Assembly (NCBI GenBank): GCA_002725285.1
Contig: PBRC01000030.1
Span: 22,117-81,199 of the forward strand
DNA: 59,083 nucleotides
From: Gammaproteobacteria bacterium
GTDB taxonomy: Bacteria > Pseudomonadota > Gammaproteobacteria > Pseudomonadales > Azotimanducaceae
Reading direction: 5' to 3'
Position 1 is the first letter of the stretch. Every line of letters starts with the position of its first letter. Shown here piece after piece: positions 1-9,274 of the stretch. The translations under genes were made by a program, and so were the position numbers. The notes under the pieces were generated by a model that worked only from the letters and a program-made list of their open reading frames with translations, made no database searches and was not told the origin of the DNA.

Positions 1-49
1 TCTGGTCTTTTTGCTGTCCTTCAGACACTTTTTGACGTTTACTTGGTAC

Positions 50-1210
50 ATGGGAATTAAAAAAGAACAGAACTACATGGGCTTCGAACAGGGGCCGATT
101 CGGCCGCCGAGTGAGGCAAACTCGCTGCTTCTGAGGGTGACGCGAAACTGTCCCTGGAATCGTTGTACTTTCTGCTCGGTCTACAAGCAACAGCAATTCT
201 CACTTCGTTTAGTGGAGCATGTCATTGCTGATATTGAAGCCATCTATGAGGTGGTGTATCGAGTACTCGATGAGCTGAATGAGCAGGGGCACCTGACGCA
301 GGAACGTGTTAACTACCTGGCGGAGAATTACTTCGCAGACAATATTCAGGTCTTTAGTATCGCCGTCAACTGGCTTGCCCGGGGAGAGGGTTCTGTTTTT
401 CTACAGGATGCGAATAGTCTGATTATCAAACCGGACAATTTAATTACGATTCTCAAACATCTGAAGATGAGATTTCCGTGGATTTCCCGGATCACATCCT
501 ATGCCCGGTCGCACACCATCAACAGGATATCAGACGATAAACTGGCGGAACTAGCCGAGACTGGTCTGAATCGAATCCATATTGGTATGGAATCTGGTTG
601 TGATGAGGTTCTGAAATTAACTGATAAGGGGGTTACCAAAGCCCATCACATCAAAGCAGGCCAGGCGGTAAAGAAAGCGGGTATTGAGTTGTCAGAGTAT
701 GTAATGCCTGGTCTGGGCGGGGCCGATCTTTCATCTGAGCATGCCTATCACACGGCTGATGCGTTGAATCAGATCGATGCAGATTTTATCCGGCTTAGAA
801 CACTCGCCATTCCGCCGAACATTCCGCTTTATCAGGACTATCAGTCCGGTGAATTCAAAAAGTGCACCGACCTGCAGATTATCCTTGAGATACATGAGTT
901 TGTAACAGCGTTGACCGGCATCAGTTCAACGCTAGCAAGTGACCATTTCTACAACCTGTTGCAGGAAGTTGACGGTAAACTGCCGGATGATAAACCGCGC
1001 ATGCTGGAGATCCTGGAATACTACATGCAGCTACCGCCGGATGAGCAGTCACTTTACCAGTTGGGTCGCCGGCTGGGGTACTTCCAATCTCTTGCTGATC
1101 TTGAGCCTGGGGTGCAGCGGCGAGGTATTGAGTCAGTCTACGAGAAACTCCAGGTGACACCAGATAATATCGACATGATAGTCGAAAAACACATGCTCAA
1201 GGCAATCTAG
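50..1210 (+). CDS. radical SAM domain protein with a CX4CX2C cluster motif
   Basis: ORF 11..1210. The N-terminus GPIRPPSEANSLLLRVTRNCPWNRCTFCSVY carries a Cys triad spaced C-x4-C-x2-C, and a radical-SAM-like core follows (RIHIGMESG). The start is uncertain (ATG 50 or 77), and the frame is open to the window edge. Confidence 0.7.
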   Translation: MGIKKEQNYMGFEQGPIRPPSEANSLLLRVTRNCPWNRCTFCSVYKQQQFSLRLVEHVIADIEAIYEVVYRVLDELNEQGHLTQERVNYLAENYFADNIQVFSIAVNWLARGEGSVFLQDANSLIIKPDNLITILKHLKMRFPWISRITSYARSHTINRISDDKLAELAETGLNRIHIGMESGCDEVLKLTDKGVTKAHHIKAGQAVKKAGIELSEYVMPGLGGADLSSEHAYHTADALNQIDADFIRLRTLAIPPNIPLYQDYQSGEFKKCTDLQIILEIHEFVTALTGISSTLASDHFYNLLQEVDGKLPDDKPRMLEILEYYMQLPPDEQSLYQLGRRLGYFQSLADLEPGVQRRGIESVYEKLQVTPDNIDMIVEKHMLKAI

Positions 1211-1229
1211 ACAGCAGATTGCCTTGTTG
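1201..1229. terminator. hairpin between convergent genes (possible bidirectional terminator)
   Basis: GGCAATCT-agacagc-AGATTGCC forms a perfect 8-bp stem (1201..1223) overlapping the radical SAM stop codon, followed by TTGTTG. The U-tract is weak. Confidence 0.3.
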
Positions 1230-1244
1230 CCGGGCTGGAGAAAT

Positions 1245-1844
1245 CTAAGCCTCGAAGCGTTTGTTTACCTCATCCCAGTTAACAAGATTCCAAAAAGCAG
1301 CAATCCAGTCGGGTCTCACATTTTTGTACTTCAGATAGTATGCGTGTTCCCATACATCGATTGTCAGTAATGGTTTCTGACCTAGTGAAAGTGGACACAC
1401 CTGATCGTGTGTGTCTGTAATCTGCAGTTCACCATCGCCATCCACAATCAGCCATGCCCAGCCTGAACCGAAGTGGTTGGCTGCTTTATCACTGAATGCC
1501 TCTTTAAAGGCGTCAAAAGAATCCCACCTGGCTTGAATAGCATCGGAGATAGCGCCGGTTGGTTCACCACCACTTGGAGACAGTGAGTGCCAGAAGAAAG
1601 TATGGTTCCAGGTACCACCAGCGTGGTTACGTACAGGGGTACGTTTGTCTTCAGAAATGCTGTCAAGATCAGTCAGAATATCTTCCAGCGACTTGTCAGA
1701 AACTCCGGCTGCATCCGCTGCAGCGTTCAGCTTGGTCACATAGGTGTTGTGATGTTTGCTGTGATGAATCTCCACTGTTTGCGCGTCGTAGTGCGGTTCC
1801 AGGGCATCATAGTTATAGGGTAATTCGGGTAATTCAAAAGCCAT
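1245..1844 (-). CDS. sodA: superoxide dismutase, Fe/Mn family, Mn-type
   Basis: 199 aa. The sequence contains MAFELPELPYNYDALEPH..EIHHSKHH, NHAGGTWNH (Gly-Gly rather than the Fe-type Ala-Gln), THDQVCPL (Gln at the Mn-SOD position) and DVWEHAYYLKYKNVRPDWI..FWNLVNWDE. GGAGAA lies 8 nt upstream of the ATG. Confidence 0.9.
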   Translation of the reverse strand: MAFELPELPYNYDALEPHYDAQTVEIHHSKHHNTYVTKLNAAADAAGVSDKSLEDILTDLDSISEDKRTPVRNHAGGTWNHTFFWHSLSPSGGEPTGAISDAIQARWDSFDAFKEAFSDKAANHFGSGWAWLIVDGDGELQITDTHDQVCPLSLGQKPLLTIDVWEHAYYLKYKNVRPDWIAAFWNLVNWDEVNKRFEA

Positions 1845-1858
1845 GTTTAATTTCTCCG

Positions 1859-1906
1859 TTATATTATTAGTTATATTATTAGTTATATTATTAGTTATAT
1901 TATTAA
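1859..1906. repeat. 12-bp tandem repeat, 4 copies (TTATATTATTAG)
   Basis: Read directly: three perfect copies plus a fourth ending in A, starting 15 nt upstream of the sod start codon. Confidence 0.95.
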
Positions 1907-2013
1907 AAGAAGCATTGTCAAAAGAATCTTGTTCAGGACGATGTCATATGACTAAATCGTCAATATATTGCTAATAATAACCATTTCTATAGGGTAAATG
2001 CGAGATATATTGT

Positions 2014-2032
2014 TATAATGATAATATATTGG
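2014..2032. promoter_or_regulatory. Fur-box-like AT-rich site / TATAAT hexamer in the divergent sod-regulator intergenic region
   Basis: TATAATGATAATATATTGG contains the 11-mer ATAATGATAAT, identical to the core of the Fur consensus GATAATGATAATCATTATC (12/19 overall). It also contains a TATAAT hexamer. Confidence 0.35.
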
Positions 2033-2114
2033 ATGTCCTGACAAGGATAATCTACTATCTCAGCAACTGAAGGGATCTGAGACACGATCCTAGACTGGTA
2101 CCTGATCTGGAGAA

Positions 2115-2693
2115 ATGATGGTGAGTAATCCCGTATCTGATGGCATTAGAAGATTGCGTTCAGTTCATAAGCTGACCCAGACGGAACTTGCCAATCTGGC
2201 AGGCATCCCCCGAGCGACTCTGGCTAATATGGAGAAAGCATCCAGCAATCCATCGATATCGGTGGTGGTAAAGGTTGCCCGTGCCTTAGGTGTCTCGGTA
2301 GAGGATCTGGTGGCGAAACAGCAAGCCACTTTCGTAACTCAGGTAAAACGCAAAGATATGCAAATTAGTCGTCAGGATGATGGTAGATATGTCGGAACCC
2401 GGGCTTCGCCGATTAATGCACCCTATATTCAGGTCAACGACGTGAGTATGCTGCCCAATTGTCATACGCGTGGCAATCCACACCCGGAAGGTAGCCATGA
2501 ACTTTTCCTTTGTCTTGAGGGAACCGCGACCATCGTGATTCAAGATGAAAAGTTTGAAGTAGCAGCGGGTGACTTGATCTACTTCCCGGGGAATTTACCT
2601 CATGACTATAGCAATGCGGGTCTGAAACCAGTCCACGCAATCTCGATCGTCAATATTCTTGAGCCAAAACAGACATCTCGAAAAATCAGCTAG
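2115..2693 (+). CDS. XRE-family HTH transcriptional regulator with a C-terminal cupin domain
   Basis: The N-terminal segment LTQTELANLAGIPRATLANMEKASSNPSISVVVKVARALGVSVEDL is an HTH_3-type motif. The C-terminal segment GNPHPEGSHELFLCLEG..GDLIYFPGNLPHDY is cupin-like. GGAGAA is the RBS. Confidence 0.85.
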   Translation: MMVSNPVSDGIRRLRSVHKLTQTELANLAGIPRATLANMEKASSNPSISVVVKVARALGVSVEDLVAKQQATFVTQVKRKDMQISRQDDGRYVGTRASPINAPYIQVNDVSMLPNCHTRGNPHPEGSHELFLCLEGTATIVIQDEKFEVAAGDLIYFPGNLPHDYSNAGLKPVHAISIVNILEPKQTSRKIS

Positions 2694-2846
2694 AATATAT
2701 CTCGCAGGCTTCGACCACCCGCTTTCTCAAATTTGCTGGTCGAGTGAGCGCCATACACAGCTGCTGCCGGTGGTAAGATATTGGTCATAAACTGCTGGGT
2801 AGCAGTATCCTGCTAACAAGTGAACTGATGCGCTGGAGGCATAGCT

Positions 2847-3659
2847 ATGGAATATACTGAAATACTCGTTGAAAAACTGGACCGGGTAGCAAAAATAACC
2901 CTGAACCGACCTCATTATAGGAATGCGATCGGTCGGATCACGATTGAAGAACTTGATCACGCCTTCATGGCAGCTGCAGAGGATGATGAGATTGGTGTGA
3001 TTGTTCTTTGTGCGAAGGGAGACCATTTCTCAGGTGGCCATGATATCGGCACACCCGAGAAGGTTGCCGACGACGAGGTCAGACCATTTCCAGATGGTGT
3101 GAGAGGCACCTTTCACCGGAGCTGGTATCTATATATTGAGCATGGTCTACGCTGGCGAAATCTGCCCAAGCCCACGATTGCTGTAGTTCAGGGCAAGTGT
3201 ATCTGGGGTGGGTGGATGGTTGCGACAACCATGGACATGATCTTTGCAGCTGAAGATGCCCAGTTTCTCGGTTCCAATTTTCAGTTCTTTTCAGTGCCGT
3301 GGGACATTGGCATTCGCAAAGCCAAAGAGGTGTTATTCGAGCCCAGATTTATAACGGCAAGAGAAGCCCAGGATCTGGGGTTTGTTAATCGTGTCCTTGC
3401 GAATCAGGCAGAAGCCGAAGAAGAAGCGCTTGCCTATGCGGCAAGGGTAGCAACAAACAGCCTGTTCAATCTGCGCATGACAAAGGTGAATATCAATATG
3501 GCGCAGGACATGCAGGGTTACACCAATCACATCGTCGCTGCGCATACCAAGCCGGGTGGAGGTTCTAATCGAGGCGCACAACTACCGTCTGGCGGGAGAA
3601 GGGTCGCCCCCATACCAACTGCCGAGGAAAACCTGCGTAAGACCAGGGGAATTGGCTGA
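2847..3659 (+). CDS. enoyl-CoA hydratase/isomerase (crotonase) family protein
   Basis: The sequence shows VAKITLNRPHYRNAI, VIVLCAKGDHFSGGHD and TIAVVQGKCIWGG, a crotonase-fold pattern. GGAGG is the RBS. Confidence 0.85.
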   Translation: MEYTEILVEKLDRVAKITLNRPHYRNAIGRITIEELDHAFMAAAEDDEIGVIVLCAKGDHFSGGHDIGTPEKVADDEVRPFPDGVRGTFHRSWYLYIEHGLRWRNLPKPTIAVVQGKCIWGGWMVATTMDMIFAAEDAQFLGSNFQFFSVPWDIGIRKAKEVLFEPRFITAREAQDLGFVNRVLANQAEAEEEALAYAARVATNSLFNLRMTKVNINMAQDMQGYTNHIVAAHTKPGGGSNRGAQLPSGGRRVAPIPTAEENLRKTRGIG

Positions 3660-3663
3660 ACTT

Positions 3664-6009
3664 CTACCCAGGGTCTGATTGGACCTTTTCCAGAAGCTGG
3701 CCGGTAATATTCGCATTGATGAGTTCCTGTATTTCCCCGGCAGACAGACCGAGATCTTCCGAGAGGATCTCGATACTGTGTTCGCCAATTCTGGGTGCCG
3801 GACGACTCACGACGAGTTCGCTGCTGGAGAATTGCCATGGGAATCCACCGTGCAGACAGGTTTGCAGGTCCGGATGGCTCACGGGGATGAACCACTGCTT
3901 TGCTGCGAGATGGGGGTGATCCAGGATGCGTAATATATCGAGTACTTCTTCTGCCGGAATACCTGTCGCCTGGAGTTGTTCGCTTACCTGTTCAGGTTGC
4001 CGAGACCGCGTCCAGTCTGATATCACCGAATAAAGTTGATTTGCATTCTCCTCTCGAGCCGATTCTGTGTCGTATCCGCTTAGTCCCACAATTGATTCAA
4101 AATCATTCCACTCGACCTCATTTCTGACGGAAATAGCAATCCACTTATCCAGCCCCTTGCAGGGATAGATGCCCTGTAATGCCATATCTGGGTGGTTATT
4201 ACCGTGAGAAATACTATCCGTACCGTATGAAGCAGCCAGAATGTCTTCGCCGATATAGGTGAGTGCGGCCTCAATCATCGAAGCGCTCACTGACTGTCCC
4301 TCACCGGTGATATCTCTCTGATTCAGAGCAGCCAGGGTCATTGCAGCAAGATGCATTCCCGTGATGGCATCTGCCTGATAAAAACCCATCACCATCGGTT
4401 CTTCCTGTGGATTACTAAACAGCGCATCCCAGCCAGCCAGCGCTTCAATCGTGGTGCCATTCGCCTTGTAGTTGGCATAAGGTCCTTCTTTTCCGTAGCC
4501 TGAGCAGCAGACGGAAATAATCTCTGGATTCACTGCCTGTAACACCTCGTACTGCAATCCAAATTTGTCCATGACACGCGGTGTGAAATTCTCAATAATA
4601 ATATCTGCGTCCTTGATTAATTCAAGAATCAGGGAGCGGCCCTTTTCAGTCGTTAGATCGAGGCAAAGTCCGCGTTTGTTTCGGTTGGCACCATTGAATC
4701 TGCCGCATGCGTTGAGAGGATGCGCATTGGCATTGGTGACGGCAGCCACCTCGTCTGGAGACCGAGCGCCACGCCAGACATCCGGACGCCTTAGCGATTC
4801 AATTTTGATGACATCTGCACCCAGGTCAGCAAGCAGTTGGGTTGCAAATGGACCTATCCATGCCTGCGTCAGATCAATGATGCGGATATTCTCAAGTGGG
4901 CGATTAGAACTGTTTTCGTTTGGTTCGGCTTCGATGGGAAATGAGATTCGCTGACGCCATTTAAGGTTTGGTTCCATCTTCACCGGTGCGGGTGTGCTGG
5001 CAGTATCCTCAAGCCCAGAGATGCGACCTGGCGGTCCGTTGACTTTAAGATCACCTAACTGATGATGGTGCGATCTGAAGTAGCCCGTCTCAACCAGGTG
5101 GTCATTAGTCAACGCCTCACCGGGCGTGTTCAGCAGCCCCACAGGCTGTGAGGAAGTTTCATTGAATGCCCGAAATATCGCCCGCGCGGAGGTGCCTTTT
5201 GAGTTGCTTTTCAGGAATTCTGCAACGGCAGCATCGTTCATGCGCTTCTCGGGAGTCGACACTGACTCGGGGATTGAATCCGGGTCAATATCCAGAAGCT
5301 CAAGGAGTCGATCAAAGGCTCGCTGAGATCGAAGATTGAGGGAAAGATATCCGTCGCCAATTGGAAACAACCTCACGCCAGATCCCGGTCCACCTTCGCG
5401 TTCTTCAGGTGAACCCGAGTACTGGGCACGAACAAACGGCACCATGGTGACAACCGAATCGAAGCAGGAAACATCAACGGTTTCACCAGTTCCGGTAACC
5501 TGTCTTTTGTGTAGTGCCGCGAGTGCACCGACAAAAGCAGTTACGCCGCAGTAATATCCAATCAAGTGACCGGGTGCTCGAAGGGGTGCGTGACCCATTT
5601 TACCATTCAGGGATAAGTACCCGGCACTTGCTTCAATGGTAAGTTCAGTAGCTTGCCTCGTGCTAAAGGGCCCTGTTGTCCCGAAAGGCGTGATCGAAAT
5701 GACGATAACGCCTGGTGGTTTTTCCATTCCAAGTCTGGAAAAAGGTTGATCGGTAATAATCACATCGGATGTTTCCCACAGATCTTTTGTCAATGATTCC
5801 AGACTTTGGAGGCGCTTTCGTCGATGCAGATTTTCCCAGAGCAGGGAATAGGTGCCCCCATCTTTCTTCACTGAAGGTGCTGCATCTCGGAGCGGAGATC
5901 CTGTCGTATCCTCGAGGAGTATGACATCAGAACCCCATTGGGCGAATTGTTGTCCACACCAGGCCGCGGCAATTGATGTACTGTATTCGAGGATCCTGAG
6001 CTGTTTCAT
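3664..6009 (-). CDS. fused tandem family-III CoA-transferase (CaiB/BaiF type), two modules in one 781-aa chain
   Basis: The C-terminal module has IRIIDLTQAWIGPFATQLLADLGADVIKIE and QADAITGMHLAAMTLAAL. The N-terminal module has LRILEYSTSIAAAWCGQQFAQWGSDVILLE and LIGYYCGVTAFVGALAAL. Confidence 0.8.
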   Translation of the reverse strand: MKQLRILEYSTSIAAAWCGQQFAQWGSDVILLEDTTGSPLRDAAPSVKKDGGTYSLLWENLHRRKRLQSLESLTKDLWETSDVIITDQPFSRLGMEKPPGVIVISITPFGTTGPFSTRQATELTIEASAGYLSLNGKMGHAPLRAPGHLIGYYCGVTAFVGALAALHKRQVTGTGETVDVSCFDSVVTMVPFVRAQYSGSPEEREGGPGSGVRLFPIGDGYLSLNLRSQRAFDRLLELLDIDPDSIPESVSTPEKRMNDAAVAEFLKSNSKGTSARAIFRAFNETSSQPVGLLNTPGEALTNDHLVETGYFRSHHHQLGDLKVNGPPGRISGLEDTASTPAPVKMEPNLKWRQRISFPIEAEPNENSSNRPLENIRIIDLTQAWIGPFATQLLADLGADVIKIESLRRPDVWRGARSPDEVAAVTNANAHPLNACGRFNGANRNKRGLCLDLTTEKGRSLILELIKDADIIIENFTPRVMDKFGLQYEVLQAVNPEIISVCCSGYGKEGPYANYKANGTTIEALAGWDALFSNPQEEPMVMGFYQADAITGMHLAAMTLAALNQRDITGEGQSVSASMIEAALTYIGEDILAASYGTDSISHGNNHPDMALQGIYPCKGLDKWIAISVRNEVEWNDFESIVGLSGYDTESAREENANQLYSVISDWTRSRQPEQVSEQLQATGIPAEEVLDILRILDHPHLAAKQWFIPVSHPDLQTCLHGGFPWQFSSSELVVSRPAPRIGEHSIEILSEDLGLSAGEIQELINANITGQLLEKVQSDPG

Positions 6010-6222
6010 TAGAACTGCCTGGACTCGATAGTCCTTCCCACGGATTCAACTGCCCCAGCACATTTCGACAGGTGGCTCATGAGCAGTAACTTAATCATGG
6101 ATTCGATCCTTCTTCATAGTCTTTGGGAGAATATCACCGAAAAAAACATTTGGCAGTTCCGGTGCAGCCCGGTAATTCTGCCAGACAATAGGATGTGATC
6201 AGCTGTAATATGTATCTGCTGA

Positions 6223-6249
6223 CGACAATGGCCTATTTGAACATTGTCG
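6223..6249. promoter_or_regulatory. inverted repeat upstream of the amidase gene (operator or 5'-UTR hairpin)
   Basis: CGACAATG-11 nt-CATTGTCG has perfect 8-bp arms. It ends 38 nt upstream of the GTG start at 6288, in the divergent intergenic region. Confidence 0.3.
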
Positions 6250-6287
6250 TGAGTCTTTGAAGTCGGTTTTCTTAAGAGGAGGTAACC

Positions 6288-7847
6288 GTGGTGGGGAAAG
6301 AGGATGAAAACGCTGTCGGATCTGTTTCACGTCGTGATGTCCTGAAGTCCATGGTCGTCCCGGTACTTGGCCTTGCCACCAATCGCGCAGCAGGTCAGCA
6401 AGGCGCCTCAGGTTCAAATTCACAACCAGGATTGGAGGGGCTTATGTTTCAATCTGCTGCTTCCCAGGCTCAGCAAATCCGAAATAAACAGTTAAGCAGT
6501 GAAGAACTGGTTGAACTCTACCTGCGTCGAATCGAGCAGATTAATCCAAAAATAAATGCAGTGGTGGCGATAGCAGACGATGCCATGGAGCAGGCGAGAC
6601 TTGCTGACAATGCGCTGGCGAAGGGTAAGTATAAAGGTCAGTTGCATGGTGTGCCTATGACCATCAAGGACTGTTTTGATACAGCTGGAGTAGTTTCTAC
6701 CTGGGGAACTCTGGGGCGCAGGAATTTTATTCCAGATGAAGACGCAGCCGTGGTGAAACGTCTTAAAGCTGCTGGTGCTATTCTCATCGGCAAAACGAAT
6801 ACGCCTGAATTCACGCTGTCTTTTGAAACGCATAACAAGATTCATGGTTTTACCAACAACCCTTACGACACGAAAAGATCGCCAGGCGGAAGTAGTGGTG
6901 GTGCAGCTGCTGCGATTGCTGCCGGATTGACTTCATTCGACATCGGCACTGACTATGGTGGAAGCATACGCGTCCCTTCTCATTGTTGTGGGACAGTTGG
7001 CATCAAACCAACAAGCGGGAGTGTTCCCAGAACAGGGTTGTGTCTTCCTCCGGGGATGCTAACAGATTCATTGAGTCACGTAGGACCCCTGGCTCGAAGA
7101 GTTGAAGATTTGAAACTGATATTACCTATCATCTGGGGGCCTGATTCAGTTGATACGCGAATTTCTGCGGTTCGTTTCCCAGATCCAGATTTGATCAAAT
7201 TGAAACCCTTAAAATGCGCTGTGATGTTTGATAATGGAATCGTTACGCCTGACAAAGAAACGGTGGCAGTTGTGGAAATGACGGCGAAGACACTGGCAGG
7301 TGCTGGCGTTACAGTAAATGAAGATCGACTCGATGGCGTCGCAGACACCACCAATGTGAGTGGGGGTTTCTGGGCGGTTGGTGCTCATGCATCCGTTAGA
7401 CAGCTGTTAGATTCGGTTGGGACAAGGCCTGAAGATTTCGCGAATAATTGGTTTAAAGAACTGGATGAGGTGATTCCAGATCAAGTCTCTGCAAAGGCGC
7501 TTAGCAGCCAGCTCGCAAGATTTGAAGAATATCGAGCCCGGATGCAGCAGCACATGGCTCGATACGATGTACTTATATCGCCTGTTAATGCTCATCCAGC
7601 TCAGCTTCATCCCTCGCCAGGTGAAGCTCCCTTTCCCAGCTCGGATGCGAGTTATACTGAGGCATTTGATCTGACGGGATGGCCCTCAGGTGTCGTACGT
7701 GGCGGAACAACATCAGATGGCTTGCCAATTGGTGTTCAGATCACGGCTAATCCTTGGCGAGAGGACATCGTGTTGTCGGTGATGTCATATCTGGAGCAGG
7801 AAATACCTGCGTTCGCGCCTCCGGATGAGCAGATGCTCATGGCCTAA
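6288..7847 (+). CDS. amidase-signature family amidase with a twin-arginine signal peptide
   Basis: GGSSGGAAAAIAAG is the amidase-signature Gly/Ser-rich motif, and MTIKD contains the catalytic Lys context. The N-terminal SRRDVLKSMVVPVLGLATNRAAG is Tat-like. AGGAGG lies 5 nt upstream of the GTG. Confidence 0.85.
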   Translation: MVGKEDENAVGSVSRRDVLKSMVVPVLGLATNRAAGQQGASGSNSQPGLEGLMFQSAASQAQQIRNKQLSSEELVELYLRRIEQINPKINAVVAIADDAMEQARLADNALAKGKYKGQLHGVPMTIKDCFDTAGVVSTWGTLGRRNFIPDEDAAVVKRLKAAGAILIGKTNTPEFTLSFETHNKIHGFTNNPYDTKRSPGGSSGGAAAAIAAGLTSFDIGTDYGGSIRVPSHCCGTVGIKPTSGSVPRTGLCLPPGMLTDSLSHVGPLARRVEDLKLILPIIWGPDSVDTRISAVRFPDPDLIKLKPLKCAVMFDNGIVTPDKETVAVVEMTAKTLAGAGVTVNEDRLDGVADTTNVSGGFWAVGAHASVRQLLDSVGTRPEDFANNWFKELDEVIPDQVSAKALSSQLARFEEYRARMQQHMARYDVLISPVNAHPAQLHPSPGEAPFPSSDASYTEAFDLTGWPSGVVRGGTTSDGLPIGVQITANPWREDIVLSVMSYLEQEIPAFAPPDEQMLMA

Positions 7848-7909
7848 CCTTTCTGAGTTCGACAAGATTAGTACTGTTCGGCGGATAGAAGACATCAGGG
7901 AGGTTGTAA

Positions 7910-9274
7910 ATGAAAACTGTTAGTGAAACGGCAAGAGAAATCCCCGTAATTGCTGAGACCGATATTCTGGTAGTTGGCGGTGGTCCTGCAGGCCTTGCGG
8001 CGTCTTTATCTGCGGCACGGGAGGGTGTCGAGACGATGCTTGTTGAACGATATGGCTGTTTTGGTGGAACGATCACTCAGGTAGGTGTTGGTAGTATGTC
8101 ATGGTATCGCTCTGCCGACACGGTCGATGCTGAGGGCATAGGGATTGAGTTCGAAACCCGGGCGCAGGAGATGGGGGCCGCTCAAGGCCGACCCAGGAGC
8201 TCGAGAAAGGGTGGGGTACTACTGGACACGGAGATGTTCAAAGTCGTGGCCGACAAATTGGTACAGGAAGCTGACATCAGACCGCTATTGCATAGCAAAG
8301 TAGTAGACACCGTGATGGATGGCAACATGATTCAGGGTGTAGTTATTGAAAGCAAATCAGGCAGGCAGGCGATTCTGGCCAAACGGGTGATAGATGCAAG
8401 TGGTGACGCCGATATAGCAGCATATGCTGGTGCACCTTTCGAGAAACTCCCCAAAAACGAATTGATGGGTGTCACGGTCTTATTCAGTTGTGCGGGAGTT
8501 GAAAAAGGTGCCTTCTATGAATATCTGAAGGCAAACCCGGCAACCTATAGGGACTGGGGAGAGACCTGGGAGATTGAAACGAGCGGCAAGGAGGACAACC
8601 TTCGGACATCCTATATTGCAGAACCCTTTGACAGAGCCCGTAAGGAAGGATTGATTCCTGCTGATATGCCCATCGTTGGTTCCTGTGGGCCTGTCTCTGA
8701 GACTGGCGGGAGTATAACTCTGAACATGAACTACATGTTTGGATTTGACTCAACCGATGTCTTCGACCTTACCCGGGCAGAAATTGAAGGCAGAGAACAG
8801 GCAATGTATGCCATCAAGGCGCTGAAGGCGTATGTTCCCGGATTTGAGAAAGCAAAATTGAAAAACTTTGGTATGACTCTCGGCACCCGTGACTCCAGAA
8901 AGATCGTTGGGAGGACGAACCTGACTGCAACTCACGTGAGGGAGGAAGGCAGGTCAGATGAATCAATCGGGATATTCCCGGAGTTTATTGATGGCCATGG
9001 CGTTCTTGTTCTTCCGACGACGGGTCGCTATTTTCAGGTTCCACTTGGGGTTATTGTGCCGCAGAAAGTTGAAAACCTGCTAGTCGCAGGACGATGTGTT
9101 GCAGGAGACAAGATCGCCCACGCCGCAACGCGAAGCATGATGTGTTGTGCATTGACGGGGCAGGGTGCCGGTGTAACGGCCGCGTTGTCAATCAAAAATA
9201 ATGTTGCCAGTGGTTCTGCAAGCATCGGTGAGGTTCAGACTGCCCTGAAAAATCGGGGCGTGCGGATTGATTGA
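7910..9274 (+). CDS. FAD-dependent oxidoreductase
   Basis: DILVVGGGPAGLAASLSAAREG is a dinucleotide-binding fold motif. The C-terminal GRCVAGDKIAHAATRSM is typical of the FAD_oxidored family. GGGAGG is the RBS. Confidence 0.75.
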   Translation: MKTVSETAREIPVIAETDILVVGGGPAGLAASLSAAREGVETMLVERYGCFGGTITQVGVGSMSWYRSADTVDAEGIGIEFETRAQEMGAAQGRPRSSRKGGVLLDTEMFKVVADKLVQEADIRPLLHSKVVDTVMDGNMIQGVVIESKSGRQAILAKRVIDASGDADIAAYAGAPFEKLPKNELMGVTVLFSCAGVEKGAFYEYLKANPATYRDWGETWEIETSGKEDNLRTSYIAEPFDRARKEGLIPADMPIVGSCGPVSETGGSITLNMNYMFGFDSTDVFDLTRAEIEGREQAMYAIKALKAYVPGFEKAKLKNFGMTLGTRDSRKIVGRTNLTATHVREEGRSDESIGIFPEFIDGHGVLVLPTTGRYFQVPLGVIVPQKVENLLVAGRCVAGDKIAHAATRSMMCCALTGQGAGVTAALSIKNNVASGSASIGEVQTALKNRGVRID

